32,000 nt of DNA from Candidatus Electrothrix sp. GW3-4 (GTDB lineage: Bacteria > Desulfobacterota > Desulfobulbia > Desulfobulbales > Desulfobulbaceae). The notes under the pieces were generated by a model. It ran no database searches. It worked only from the letters and a program-made list of their open reading frames with translations, and was not told the origin of the DNA. Position 1 is the first letter of the stretch; each line of letters starts with the position of its first letter. Shown here piece by piece: positions 1 to 8,490 of the stretch. Location: assembly GCF_037902255.1 (NCBI RefSeq), contig NZ_CP147990.1, forward strand, positions 450,001-482,000, written 5' to 3'. The translations under genes were made by a program, and so were the position numbers.

Positions 1-987
1 GAGCGAGCCCTGCGCAAGGCAAAACTGAGTCAAGATATCCAAAGCCAGTGCATACTACATTCCAAACATCCTTTTATTTACCCCCTGTTCGCCTTGGTTT
101 GCGGGGTTGTTGTCAGTTTTCTCTGGCTGTTTCCCCAGCCCAACCCCCGTATTCATCTTGATCTGGAAGTGGAAACAGCTGCTCTCAGGCTGGCTGAACG
201 AAAGGACTTCAGTTGGCATGCATCTCCTGGTCTGAAAATCGACCGTCTCCTGGTGGACGGACGCTTTACCATTCATGCCCCCGGCCTTGGGTTGGACGGC
301 TATGCTGAACGGCTGTTAACGGATGGTACCGATCTCTCTTTCAATCAATTGATAATCACGAAGGGGGCCCGGCTGGAAATAGAATGCGGCAATGACGGAA
401 TCAGTCTGTATGTCTATGAGGGCGCAGTTCAGGGGCTGCTGGAATTACGGGACGCTAGGCTGCGTCTTCTTGGTAACAAGGGATCCGCCACTCATACGAT
501 TCAGTCACCGGTGCCGGAATCTCTCCGCTTCAGTGCGCAGAACAACAGCGGACATCGCCTGCACCTGCGCCTACAGACCGCTCAAAACTGGCAAATCCAC
601 GGCCTTCAGATCACGGACATGCGCTTTCAGCAGGAGGTTCCGCCTGACTCGAATAATTTTATCTCTTCTATCCGCAAAGGAACCGTTGAGTTGCCTGAGA
701 TCAAACGGAAAGAATTCCTGCTGGATCGTGATCGGCTGCATCTTACCAAGGCGGCCAGCACCCGCCTTCGTCTTGATTTTCCGGCAAACGGGGCAGAGAG
801 CTTCAATCTTTTGTTTCTGGGCCGAGCCGCTTCCTTGGCCGCAGGTCCAGATGATTTTGAACAGGATCTGACTCCCTCCCTGCTGACCTGGATCTACCAT
901 CAGAAACAGCTGTATTTCTGTTGGGGGGCTCTCGTCTTTGCCTATAGTCTGCTGACCAACCTGCCTGCTCTGTTTGCTCAGCGATAA
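1..987 (+). CDS. hypothetical membrane protein, 5'-partial (open to window start)
   Basis: Frame 1 has no stop from nt 1. The track start at nt 94 is a TTG in the middle of a hydrophobic helix (FIYPLFALVCGVVVSFLWLF), with no in-frame ATG nearby. A second hydrophobic segment lies at the C-terminus (LYFCWGALVFAYSLLTNL). No family recognised. Confidence 0.5.
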   Translation, partial: ERALRKAKLSQDIQSQCILHSKHPFIYPLFALVCGVVVSFLWLFPQPNPRIHLDLEVETAALRLAERKDFSWHASPGLKIDRLLVDGRFTIHAPGLGLDGYAERLLTDGTDLSFNQLIITKGARLEIECGNDGISLYVYEGAVQGLLELRDARLRLLGNKGSATHTIQSPVPESLRFSAQNNSGHRLHLRLQTAQNWQIHGLQITDMRFQQEVPPDSNNFISSIRKGTVELPEIKRKEFLLDRDRLHLTKAASTRLRLDFPANGAESFNLLFLGRAASLAAGPDDFEQDLTPSLLTWIYHQKQLYFCWGALVFAYSLLTNLPALFAQR

Positions 988-1147
988 GCCGATTGGCCCA
1001 CGCCTATACTTGTCAGAGAGGGCCGCGTTCGTTATATTTTCCCAAGGTATCCTCTTGTCTTGCGAATTGATCACAGGGAACTTATAGAAAGTAATCACCC
1101 CGTTTCTGAACCGAAGTCGCTTTTGAAAAAAATATCATCCGTCATCC

Positions 1148-2935
1148 ATGCAGCAATTCATTTCTCCTCTTACCATCCTTTTCACGCTAGCTACGCTACT
1201 CGGTTCTGCTGTATCGGCATCAGCAGCCGGTATTGGCAGAAGAATTTGTGGGCCGTATAAACCCCTTGTGGTCCAGATAACGAGCCAATTTGCCCATGGG
1301 GCGCAGGAGCACGGTTTTGGCTTTCTTGTTGGCGAACAGGATCATCGGCTCTATATCGTCACTGCCAATCATGTTGTTCGTAGCAGATACCCTGACAACC
1401 CAACCGAACAGGTCTTGCTCCGTTTTTCCTGGGATCCCGGTGGAAGAGGCAACAGGGCTGAATTGCTCGACACGGTCTATAAACCCCTGGACCTGGCCCT
1501 GCTTCGTATAGATAAGCGGACGATCATGGGCACGAGAAGGGTTGAATGGAAGGGGCGTACCTGGTGCCGTCGCTGGCAAGTGGAAGAAAAGGTGTGGTTT
1601 ATTGGGCGCGCCCAAAAATGGTACGTGCCGCCGGACCAAAGGGCAGGTATCCTTCTGCGTCCTGAGGCGGATTTGTTGGGCTTTATTCATATAGATATTG
1701 ATTCCATCCAGCCCGGTACCTCTGGCGCGCCTCTGCTCATCAAAAACGGTCTTGTAGGTATGGTCGTTAACGATTCTCCAGAGAAAGCACAGGCCGTCAA
1801 TATTGATCATATTCGCCGATTTGTTTCTGTTGAAAATCCCTATCCTTGGAACCTGGTCAAGTATGAGAGGAACGCTGAACATACTGAAGTAACATCATCG
1901 ACAACGAGCAGCCGCATAAAAGATAATGACCAACCTAATGACCAATCGCCAGCTAAGGTTAAAGGCGATACAGTTCCCCAACAGAACAAGGTGACAAAGG
2001 GTAGTCAGGTGGTCAGTGGTGAGGGGGCGGGAGTTAAGATACTCCCTTATCCGCAACAGCTTCAAGGTACTGACAGGCCTCAGGGAGCAGCTCCGGCACA
2101 GCAGGAAGCCCAGACGACTCCGGCTGTTCCCCCTGCTCCATCTCCTCCCAAACCCGGTGATATGTTGTTTGAACCCATTACCAAGATAGAGCTCATCCGT
2201 ATCCCCGAAGGCTGTTTTGATATGGGCTCTCCAAAGGCGGATAAAAAACGCTATAATAATGAGGTGCCTCCGCACCAAGTCTGTATGGATGCCTTCTGGC
2301 TGGGAAAATATGAAGTGACATTGGCACAGTGGGTTAAGATCATGGGGAAAAAACCTCGTCGCTCCCATGGGAGAGGAACACATCCCGCAGTACCGGTTAC
2401 TTGGGAGGAAGCTCAGGAATTCATCAGTAGGTTGAATGAAAAAACAGGCTTGATGTTCCGTTTGCCCACCGAGGCAGAATGGGAGTATGCCGCACGAGCA
2501 GGGACGAGCACGATCCGGCATTGGGGGGATGATATATCCTGTGATCAGGCTATGTATAGCAATGATGCCAATGAGAATAGCTGTGTTGATTACGTGCAAC
2601 AGCATGGAGGAACTCTCGGTGTTGCAGCGCCTGTGGGGAGCTACCCCCCGAATGAATTTGGTCTCCATGACATGCTCGGTAATGTCAAAGAATGGTGCGC
2701 AGACTGGTATGGGAAAGAGTACTACTTCTCAAGTCCCAAAAAAAATCCCATAGGGCCTTCGCATTCAAGTACTGATCCACCTGCTCGTGTTCTTCGTGGG
2801 GGAAGTTGGTTGGATGGTTCTCGAATAATACGGGCCGCTGCTCGTAAATGGCTCCCTCCTGGAAGACGTTATTACGATACAGGATTTCGCCTTGTTTTGG
2901 AGGATCAAGGGAGAGTAGAGAGCGCACCAGAATGA
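1148..2935 (+). CDS. secreted trypsin-like serine protease fused to a C-terminal FGE-sulfatase (SUMF1-like) domain
   Basis: Signal peptide MQQFISPLTILFTLATLLGSAVSASAAG. Protease triad contexts TANHVV (His), DLALLRI (Asp), QPGTSGAPL (Ser). Pro/Gln-rich linker (PAVPPAPSPPKPG). C-terminal motifs RLPTEAEWEYAARAG, GLHDMLGNVKEWCADWY, RVLRGGSW and GFRLV are typical of the FGE-sulfatase fold. Confidence 0.85.
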   Translation: MQQFISPLTILFTLATLLGSAVSASAAGIGRRICGPYKPLVVQITSQFAHGAQEHGFGFLVGEQDHRLYIVTANHVVRSRYPDNPTEQVLLRFSWDPGGRGNRAELLDTVYKPLDLALLRIDKRTIMGTRRVEWKGRTWCRRWQVEEKVWFIGRAQKWYVPPDQRAGILLRPEADLLGFIHIDIDSIQPGTSGAPLLIKNGLVGMVVNDSPEKAQAVNIDHIRRFVSVENPYPWNLVKYERNAEHTEVTSSTTSSRIKDNDQPNDQSPAKVKGDTVPQQNKVTKGSQVVSGEGAGVKILPYPQQLQGTDRPQGAAPAQQEAQTTPAVPPAPSPPKPGDMLFEPITKIELIRIPEGCFDMGSPKADKKRYNNEVPPHQVCMDAFWLGKYEVTLAQWVKIMGKKPRRSHGRGTHPAVPVTWEEAQEFISRLNEKTGLMFRLPTEAEWEYAARAGTSTIRHWGDDISCDQAMYSNDANENSCVDYVQQHGGTLGVAAPVGSYPPNEFGLHDMLGNVKEWCADWYGKEYYFSSPKKNPIGPSHSSTDPPARVLRGGSWLDGSRIIRAAARKWLPPGRRYYDTGFRLVLEDQGRVESAPE

Positions 2936-4050
2936 GGCAGTAACAAGGTAAATCGTGTTCCTTTTTCTCTCCAACTCTGAATGTCGATGGTGCCCCCGAG
3001 GATTGTTACTCTTTCTCGTATGGTCGTTAATCCCAGACAGCCTTTTTCTTGCTGACTCTCAGCCAGGTCTGGCATGTCAAAGCCACAACCAAAGTCGGTG
3101 ATTTCAATACACAGGGAATCCGCCCTGTTAACAGTATCAAAATGGATCTTTTCTGTCCCTGAATGTTTGCCGATATTATTGACTATTTCCTGTAATATTC
3201 GATAAAGTTGATGCTGATCGTGTTTTGAGAAGTATTCCTGAATATGAATACTGCCTAAAACAACATCTATACCGTAATCTCGACTGAAGTTGTCCAGGAA
3301 TTCCTTAAGTGCCAAATCAAAGCCAAATTTTTCAATAATAACCGGCCAGAGATTCTGACAGATAGTCCTGGTACTTTCCAGAGTTCTTTGCAAGGTACTG
3401 TTGATAATAGTGGCTGCCTCCTGCCTCTTATCCTTGTCACTCGACTCAAGCTGAAAGCAAAAATTGTTGAACTGTAATTTCAATGCGATCAAATTTTGCC
3501 CGATATCATCGTGAAGTTCCATGGAGATACGTTTCCGCTCGTTTTCCTGGGCTTCAATAAGTCGGACAGAGAGCCGCTGTAACTCTTTGTATAGGCCTCT
3601 CAACTCATTTTCCATCCTCTTACGTTCACTGATATCCTCTTCAAGCTCTTGAACAAGTCGTTTGTTTTCCCGGACAAGAAGAAAGTTTTCACTGGCCTTG
3701 TCGAGAACTTGCAGCAGATCATTCTCAACCCATGGTTTGACGATATACTGGTAGATATGGCCCTTGTTGATTGAATCAATTATGTCAGCAACCTCTGTAT
3801 AGGCTGTTAAGATAATCCGAATCGCATCCTTATTATATTTCTTAATATGTTGAAGCAACTCAACGCCTGTCATACCAGGCATGCGCTGATCAGTAATAAT
3901 AATCGCAATGTCATTATTATTCTTTACAATTTCCAGTGCCTTCTGCCCAGAGTTTGCTGTGTATATTTGATATTTCGTCCTAAAGGCAATTGTGAAATTC
4001 GTTAAATTAACCTTTTCATCATCAACATAGAGCAGCTTTAATTTTGTCAA
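2905..4050 (-). CDS. hybrid receiver-histidine kinase (REC + HisKA_3 + HATPase_c)
   Basis: N-terminal receiver (LLYVDDE..., IIITDQRMPGMTGVELL, K in VKPW). Coiled-coil linker. H-box MELHDDIGQNLIALK (HisKA_3 type). ATPase motifs IVNNIGKHS, ITDFGCGF, GLGLTTIRERV. Its ATG overlaps the upstream kinase stop by 4 nt. Confidence 0.85.
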   Translation of the reverse strand: MTKLKLLYVDDEKVNLTNFTIAFRTKYQIYTANSGQKALEIVKNNNDIAIIITDQRMPGMTGVELLQHIKKYNKDAIRIILTAYTEVADIIDSINKGHIYQYIVKPWVENDLLQVLDKASENFLLVRENKRLVQELEEDISERKRMENELRGLYKELQRLSVRLIEAQENERKRISMELHDDIGQNLIALKLQFNNFCFQLESSDKDKRQEAATIINSTLQRTLESTRTICQNLWPVIIEKFGFDLALKEFLDNFSRDYGIDVVLGSIHIQEYFSKHDQHQLYRILQEIVNNIGKHSGTEKIHFDTVNRADSLCIEITDFGCGFDMPDLAESQQEKGCLGLTTIRERVTILGGTIDIQSWREKGTRFTLLLPHSGALSTLP

Positions 4051-5792
4051 AACGTTTCTCCTGGGGTCACCGGTAAAATGATTTCAAATACCGATCCGTT
4101 ACCAACATCACTCTGTACTTTGATATCACCACCATGCTGCCTGATAATTGAGTATGATATACCAAGTCCTAGACCGGTTCCCTTGCCAATCTCTTTGTTG
4201 GTAAAAAAAGGATCGAAGATCTTTGCCATGTCATGCGCATGGATACCGCAGCCAGTGTCTGAAAAATGGATATGAACATGCTCATTCCTCTGCTCTGTTT
4301 TTATAGTCAATTGCCCATCCCCATCCATAGCCTGGATACTATTATTTATAATGTTTAAAAATACTTGTCCTATGCGTCCCGGCAGGCAATGAACGAGCGG
4401 AAGAGGGCCATAGTCACGACGAATGGTTATGTTTTTCAAGAGTTGTTTATCAACATAATTGATCGTGGAATTAATGACTGTATGCAGGTCAAGCGGGGTC
4501 ATCTTTTCTACGTCTTCCCGTGAAAAGATTTTAAGATCACGAATGATACCAGTTGTCCGCGTGGTTCCTTCTTCCATATTTTCCATCAGTTGGTCAATGG
4601 TAATAAAGAGCTCCTCATAAGAAAGTTTTTCTTTTATGGCTCTTACTTCCTCAAATTTTTCATCCAGGATATTGGATCCTCTTGCTTTTTCAACTTCTTC
4701 ATATCTGGTAAGAATCTCTTTCATCTCATCGAAAGAGCGATGCAAAGAAGGCAGGGCCCCGGAGATAAAATTAACGGTATTATTGAGTTCATGTGCCACT
4801 CCAGCTACAAGTTGGCCCATGGCTGCAAGCTTTTCTTTCTGGATAAGTTGCTCCTGGGTTTCTTTCAGTTGCCTCAGCGCCTCGCTAAGATGCGTATTGC
4901 TGTTCTTAAGTTTTTCTTGTCTCTGGTGCAGCTCATCATTTGCCTCGGTGAGTTGGAGTGTTCGGTATTTTACCTTTTCTTCAAGTCCTTCATTTAATTC
5001 ACTAATGGTCTGAAATGATTTTTCAAGATCATCGACCATGCTGGTATAGGTTTCGGTCAGCATCTTCAGGTCGCTGGGGTGTTCAGTTTTTCCTTCCCGC
5101 ATCCTTATGGTTAGTACCAATTTTTGTAATGGTTCCATTACATTCTGTATAACAAGAAACGTTGTCAACAGAATAACAAAAAGAAAGATCAGGACTGAGA
5201 CGCCTGTCTGAATAAAGATATTGCGTACACCTTTTTTAAAGAATTTTTTGGAAAGAACAATTGCCGCATAGCCAACAACCTCTTGTGCTGAACTCTTCTC
5301 CTCTTCCTCAAAATACCAATCTTCTTCCTGGCTTGGCGTTGCATTAAAAAAAATCTGTCCCCATAATATAAAACTATCCTTAGTCTCCATGCTCTGATAG
5401 TCACTTTTATCATGTTGCCTGAAAATCATTAGCATTTTCATTGGGTTGCCAATAATGCGTAATCTCTTGGCCGGATTTTTTGTTTTTTGAAGAAGCATCT
5501 CCCCGTCTTTATTCCAGATAACCACCTCAAACACATCATCCTGCTGTAGTAGTCCCGACACTGAGGCATACATTTCATCTTTATTTTCAGTAACAACAGC
5601 AAGGCTGATCGAATGGGCAAGCAGCCGTATAAGGGTTGCCCCATGGGCATCGTGGGAAGACGTATATGTTTTTTTTTGTATACTGATCAAAACAATATTA
5701 AATAACGCTCCGATACACACCATAGTCACAATCAGGAGAAGAAATATCTTGGTACTCAAACTCTTCGGCAAAGCAAGAAAGGTTTTATTCAT
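4047..5792 (-). CDS. membrane sensor histidine kinase (2 TM, extracytoplasmic domain, coiled coil, HisKA, HATPase_c)
   Basis: TM1 IFLLLIVTMVCIGALFNIVLI and TM2 GVSVLIFLFVILLTTFLVI. H-box GVAHELNNTVNFI. N-box FLNIINNSIQAM. G-boxes DTGCGI and GTGLGLGISYSIIRQHGG. Overlaps the upstream gene by 8 nt. Confidence 0.85.
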   Translation of the reverse strand: MNKTFLALPKSLSTKIFLLLIVTMVCIGALFNIVLISIQKKTYTSSHDAHGATLIRLLAHSISLAVVTENKDEMYASVSGLLQQDDVFEVVIWNKDGEMLLQKTKNPAKRLRIIGNPMKMLMIFRQHDKSDYQSMETKDSFILWGQIFFNATPSQEEDWYFEEEEKSSAQEVVGYAAIVLSKKFFKKGVRNIFIQTGVSVLIFLFVILLTTFLVIQNVMEPLQKLVLTIRMREGKTEHPSDLKMLTETYTSMVDDLEKSFQTISELNEGLEEKVKYRTLQLTEANDELHQRQEKLKNSNTHLSEALRQLKETQEQLIQKEKLAAMGQLVAGVAHELNNTVNFISGALPSLHRSFDEMKEILTRYEEVEKARGSNILDEKFEEVRAIKEKLSYEELFITIDQLMENMEEGTTRTTGIIRDLKIFSREDVEKMTPLDLHTVINSTINYVDKQLLKNITIRRDYGPLPLVHCLPGRIGQVFLNIINNSIQAMDGDGQLTIKTEQRNEHVHIHFSDTGCGIHAHDMAKIFDPFFTNKEIGKGTGLGLGISYSIIRQHGGDIKVQSDVGNGSVFEIILPVTPGETF

Positions 5793-6699
5793 CTGCCTCC
5801 CTCCTTTCCGCGATGGATATGCCTAATTTTGCAGCAATTTTATAGTTGACTTTGGTTTGAACCGGTGGGGCAACAAGAGCTGTCTGGTCGGCTCTAACAC
5901 GATGCAACAGCATGTCCAGAGCCAAGGCTGCAGCCTGCCTGGCCATCTCATTTTTATCAAATGTTACGGCGATTGTCGCCCCATGCTTGAGGAGTTTTTG
6001 AGAAAAGGTAAGCAACGGAATTTTATTCCTGATCGAAAAAAGGACGTAACTCTGGATTGTTATCTTGTTGGTCGTCGTGAGATCAGGCAGCATCCAGAGA
6101 AGATCCACCTTTCCCTGTAAAGAATGGATTAGGTCAGGAACTTCAGCTATGTTTTCAGTTGCCAGAGCGATAAATTCCAAATCAGGTCTGGCCGACTGCA
6201 ACTGCTCTATAATTTTGCTGCTTCGCTTTGGGTCATAGACAAGCCCAACCCGCTTTACTTTGGGGAAAGAGCGACTCATTTCGTCCAATTGCACCTTGGG
6301 TGGCACGGACAGGCTCACTCCGCTTACGGGCCTTGACTTGTCAATACTTGTTACTGGATGAATGACCAACAGGTGAACAATAGGAATATCAGGGGTCTGG
6401 AGTGCCACTTCCAGAGCTTTGGAACCAAGGGCAAGGATCAAATCAGGGTGAATGCTTTGTATTGTATTTGCGCTGTCCCCTTCATTTCCCTTGGTAATGA
6501 CGATTTCCGTCATCTGGTTCGGTTGTATGGATTTGAGACCTTGATGGGGAAGACGCTTATCAAGTTCATCAAGAAAGATATCTTGAATTTGCTGGTTAAT
6601 CTTACTCGCACTGCTCTTCAGTACCACTATCTCATAGCCACAGGCGCTATCCGCCAGGCTGAAAACTGAAATAATGATAAGAAGGAGATACTTATTCAT
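5785..6699 (-). CDS. periplasmic substrate-binding-like protein (ABC_sub_bind-type fold), first gene of the sensor operon
   Basis: Signal peptide MNKYLLLIIISVFSLADSA. Size and alternating beta/alpha pattern (YEIVVLKSS..., RVGLVYDP..., DLLWMLPD...) resemble periplasmic binding proteins often encoded with kinases. Translationally overlapped with the kinase. Confidence 0.6.
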   Translation of the reverse strand: MNKYLLLIIISVFSLADSACGYEIVVLKSSASKINQQIQDIFLDELDKRLPHQGLKSIQPNQMTEIVITKGNEGDSANTIQSIHPDLILALGSKALEVALQTPDIPIVHLLVIHPVTSIDKSRPVSGVSLSVPPKVQLDEMSRSFPKVKRVGLVYDPKRSSKIIEQLQSARPDLEFIALATENIAEVPDLIHSLQGKVDLLWMLPDLTTTNKITIQSYVLFSIRNKIPLLTFSQKLLKHGATIAVTFDKNEMARQAAALALDMLLHRVRADQTALVAPPVQTKVNYKIAAKLGISIAERREADE

Positions 6700-6758
6700 A
6701 AAGTAAAAAAGAAGTGTGTTCTCTGGTGAGAAAAGGCTTTTTACTATTCGAACGGGAT

Positions 6759-6776
6759 AAAGCTACTAGTAGCTTT
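6759..6776. promoter_or_regulatory. perfect 18-bp palindrome AAAGCTACTAGTAGCTTT in the divergent intergenic region (candidate operator)
   Basis: Read directly; self-complementary over all 18 nt. Lies between the divergent binding-protein operon and the TonB-dependent receptor gene. A second dyad, TGTAAA-n6-TTTACA, follows immediately. Confidence 0.3.
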
Positions 6777-7261
6777 GTAAACAAATATTTACAAGCAAAT
6801 TTTGCACCGAATGTTCGCCAGGATTTGAAGAAAAAAATATTCCTAGGAAAAAAATAAAAGATATATTGGATAGATTCGAGTACTCTTTCTTTTTAAATTC
6901 ATCATTCTTAAAAATAATGCTGTTGTAAAAAAAGTCCGATCTACCGATGAAAAAGGATACTCCCCTCGCTGTTTTGCTGCTCCTCACAACCTTTCTTGCA
7001 GTCCCATCTGCTCAGGCCAATAACACGCGCCTGGAAGACAAACTCCTGGACCTGTATTTTGACGAAGAGGAGCTGGTGGAAACAGCGACCCGTTCTCCCA
7101 AACCCATCAGCCAGGTGGCGGAAAATGTAACCATCGTCACCGCCGAAGATATTGAGGCCATGCATGCCCATACCCTGGCCGAAGTGCTCAACCGGCAGGC
7201 GGGAGTCTTTGTCGATTTCTTTGGTCAGGATTTCCTTGGAGACGCAGCTGTCCGGCTTCTA

Positions 7262-7290
7262 GTGCTCTGTCACGACTTAATTTTAGGGTA
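7262..7290. repeat. IS630 terminal inverted repeat (end distal to the transposase start)
   Basis: GTGCTCTGTcacgacttAATTTTAGGGTA. Matches the reverse complement of 8462-8490 at 24 of 29 positions by hand alignment, with outer 9 and inner 12 nt identical. Confidence 0.8.
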
Positions 7291-7965
7291 AACGGATTTT
7301 AATTTGCACCGGGCATCAGAAATTTTCATTTGCCACTCAACACCACGTTGAGTGTTATTCACATCGCTTGACCATGCGGCAATCTCTTTCTGTAACGTCT
7401 CGATATCTCCTATACGACGATTGGCAAGACATTGTCGAGTCATGGAGCTCAATTCGTTTTCTGCTATATTGAGCCAGCTACCATGTTTCGGTGTGTAACA
7501 AAATTCAATCCGGCGTACTAATGCACGAGCACGTTCAGGAGGAAAAGCCTCATAAAAAGCTCCCTTTGTATGGGTGTTGAGATTATCGCAAACCAACGTT
7601 ATCTTTTCACATTCTGCATAGCGACCTTCAAGGAGGCGAGCCACTTCGATCGCCCAATCTGTTTTAGTCCGCCGAGGACGAGCTGTGGCTTCACGCCAGC
7701 CTGAAAGAGGCTCGGTGAACATGAAAATACTGGCTGTTCCGTTACGCTCATACTCATAATCAACGCGTTTAGCATGATTTTTAGTTGCCGGGATAGGTAA
7801 ACGAGTTTCCTTTATCAGCTGAACTGGTTGTTCGTCCATACAAAGAAAAGGATGATTAGGATTATACGGTCTTTCATAAACCTCTATCACATCTTCCATG
7901 TTGGCCACGAATTCCGCATCGTGTTTTGGTGGAATAACCCAGTATTGGATTTTCCGGTTGTTCAT
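7270..7965 (-). CDS. IS630-family transposase, DDE catalytic part (orfB)
   Basis: DDE_3-type motifs: LCMDEQPVQL (D), ITLVCDNLNTHTK (D), HGSWLNIAENELS (E). Confidence 0.85.
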   Translation of the reverse strand: MNNRKIQYWVIPPKHDAEFVANMEDVIEVYERPYNPNHPFLCMDEQPVQLIKETRLPIPATKNHAKRVDYEYERNGTASIFMFTEPLSGWREATARPRRTKTDWAIEVARLLEGRYAECEKITLVCDNLNTHTKGAFYEAFPPERARALVRRIEFCYTPKHGSWLNIAENELSSMTRQCLANRRIGDIETLQKEIAAWSSDVNNTQRGVEWQMKISDARCKLKSVYPKIKS

Positions 7966-8420
7966 CCCGTTTTTTTTATTACTTGGCGAATAGTTTCATG
8001 GCTGATCGACGGAACTATTTCCAATTCAACAACATGTCGGGCTAAAAGGCGCAGTGACCAATTTGCGTATCCCGGCGGAGGTGAACCAAGACGAGTGGCA
8101 ATGATTTTAACCTCCTGCTCCCCATTCAATAGTTTCGGAGTAGGCGGGGTTGCACGTTTTTTTCCGTCAAGAGCCTGTTGAAAACCGTGCAAAACAAAAT
8201 TTTGACGGATGTTCTCAACCGTTTTTGTCCTACAGTTGAATGCTTCTGCTATCCTGCTGTCTTTCCAACAGGGGCCATTTGCATCAGCTTTCAATAAGAT
8301 GTGAGCACGACGGACTTTCTGGCTGCCCCCCGAAAGCTTTTTGATAACCTCCTGTAAATGACAGCGTTCTTTTGGAGTCAATTGGACAATGTATTTTTTT
8401 GGCATGAAATCCTCTTTCAA
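7962..8420 (-). CDS. IS630-family transposase, N-terminal HTH DNA-binding part (orfA)
   Basis: 152 aa with helix-turn-helix-like segments (LTPKERCHLQEVIKK..., IAEAFNCRTKTVENIRQNF...). Its stop overlaps the ATG of the DDE ORF (ATGA at 7962-7965). Confidence 0.8.
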   Translation of the reverse strand: MKEDFMPKKYIVQLTPKERCHLQEVIKKLSGGSQKVRRAHILLKADANGPCWKDSRIAEAFNCRTKTVENIRQNFVLHGFQQALDGKKRATPPTPKLLNGEQEVKIIATRLGSPPPGYANWSLRLLARHVVELEIVPSISHETIRQVIKKTG

Positions 8421-8461
8421 TTTTTTTTTCGGACAACATGCTACATTAATTTTAAATACGC

Positions 8462-8490
8462 TACCCTAAAATTTAGATTTTACAGAGCAC
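8462..8490. repeat. IS630 terminal inverted repeat (end proximal to the transposase start)
   Basis: TACCCTAAAATTtagattttACAGAGCAC, the reverse complement partner of 7262-7290. Confidence 0.8.

Larger units (their letters stand above)
7262..8490 (-). mobile_element. IS630-family insertion sequence, apparently intact (1229 bp)
   Basis: 29-bp terminal inverted repeats. TA dinucleotide on both flanks (7260-7261 and 8491-8492), the IS630/Tc1-mariner target duplication. Two overlapping transposase ORFs inside. Confidence 0.85.

Noticed and set aside
392-1098. Alternative-frame and antisense ORFs (392-871 plus, 571-1098 minus) inside the first gene
   Set aside because: They are nested in the longer frame-1 ORF that is open from the window edge. 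Their compositions are Arg/Cys/Ser-biased, typical of off-frame translation.
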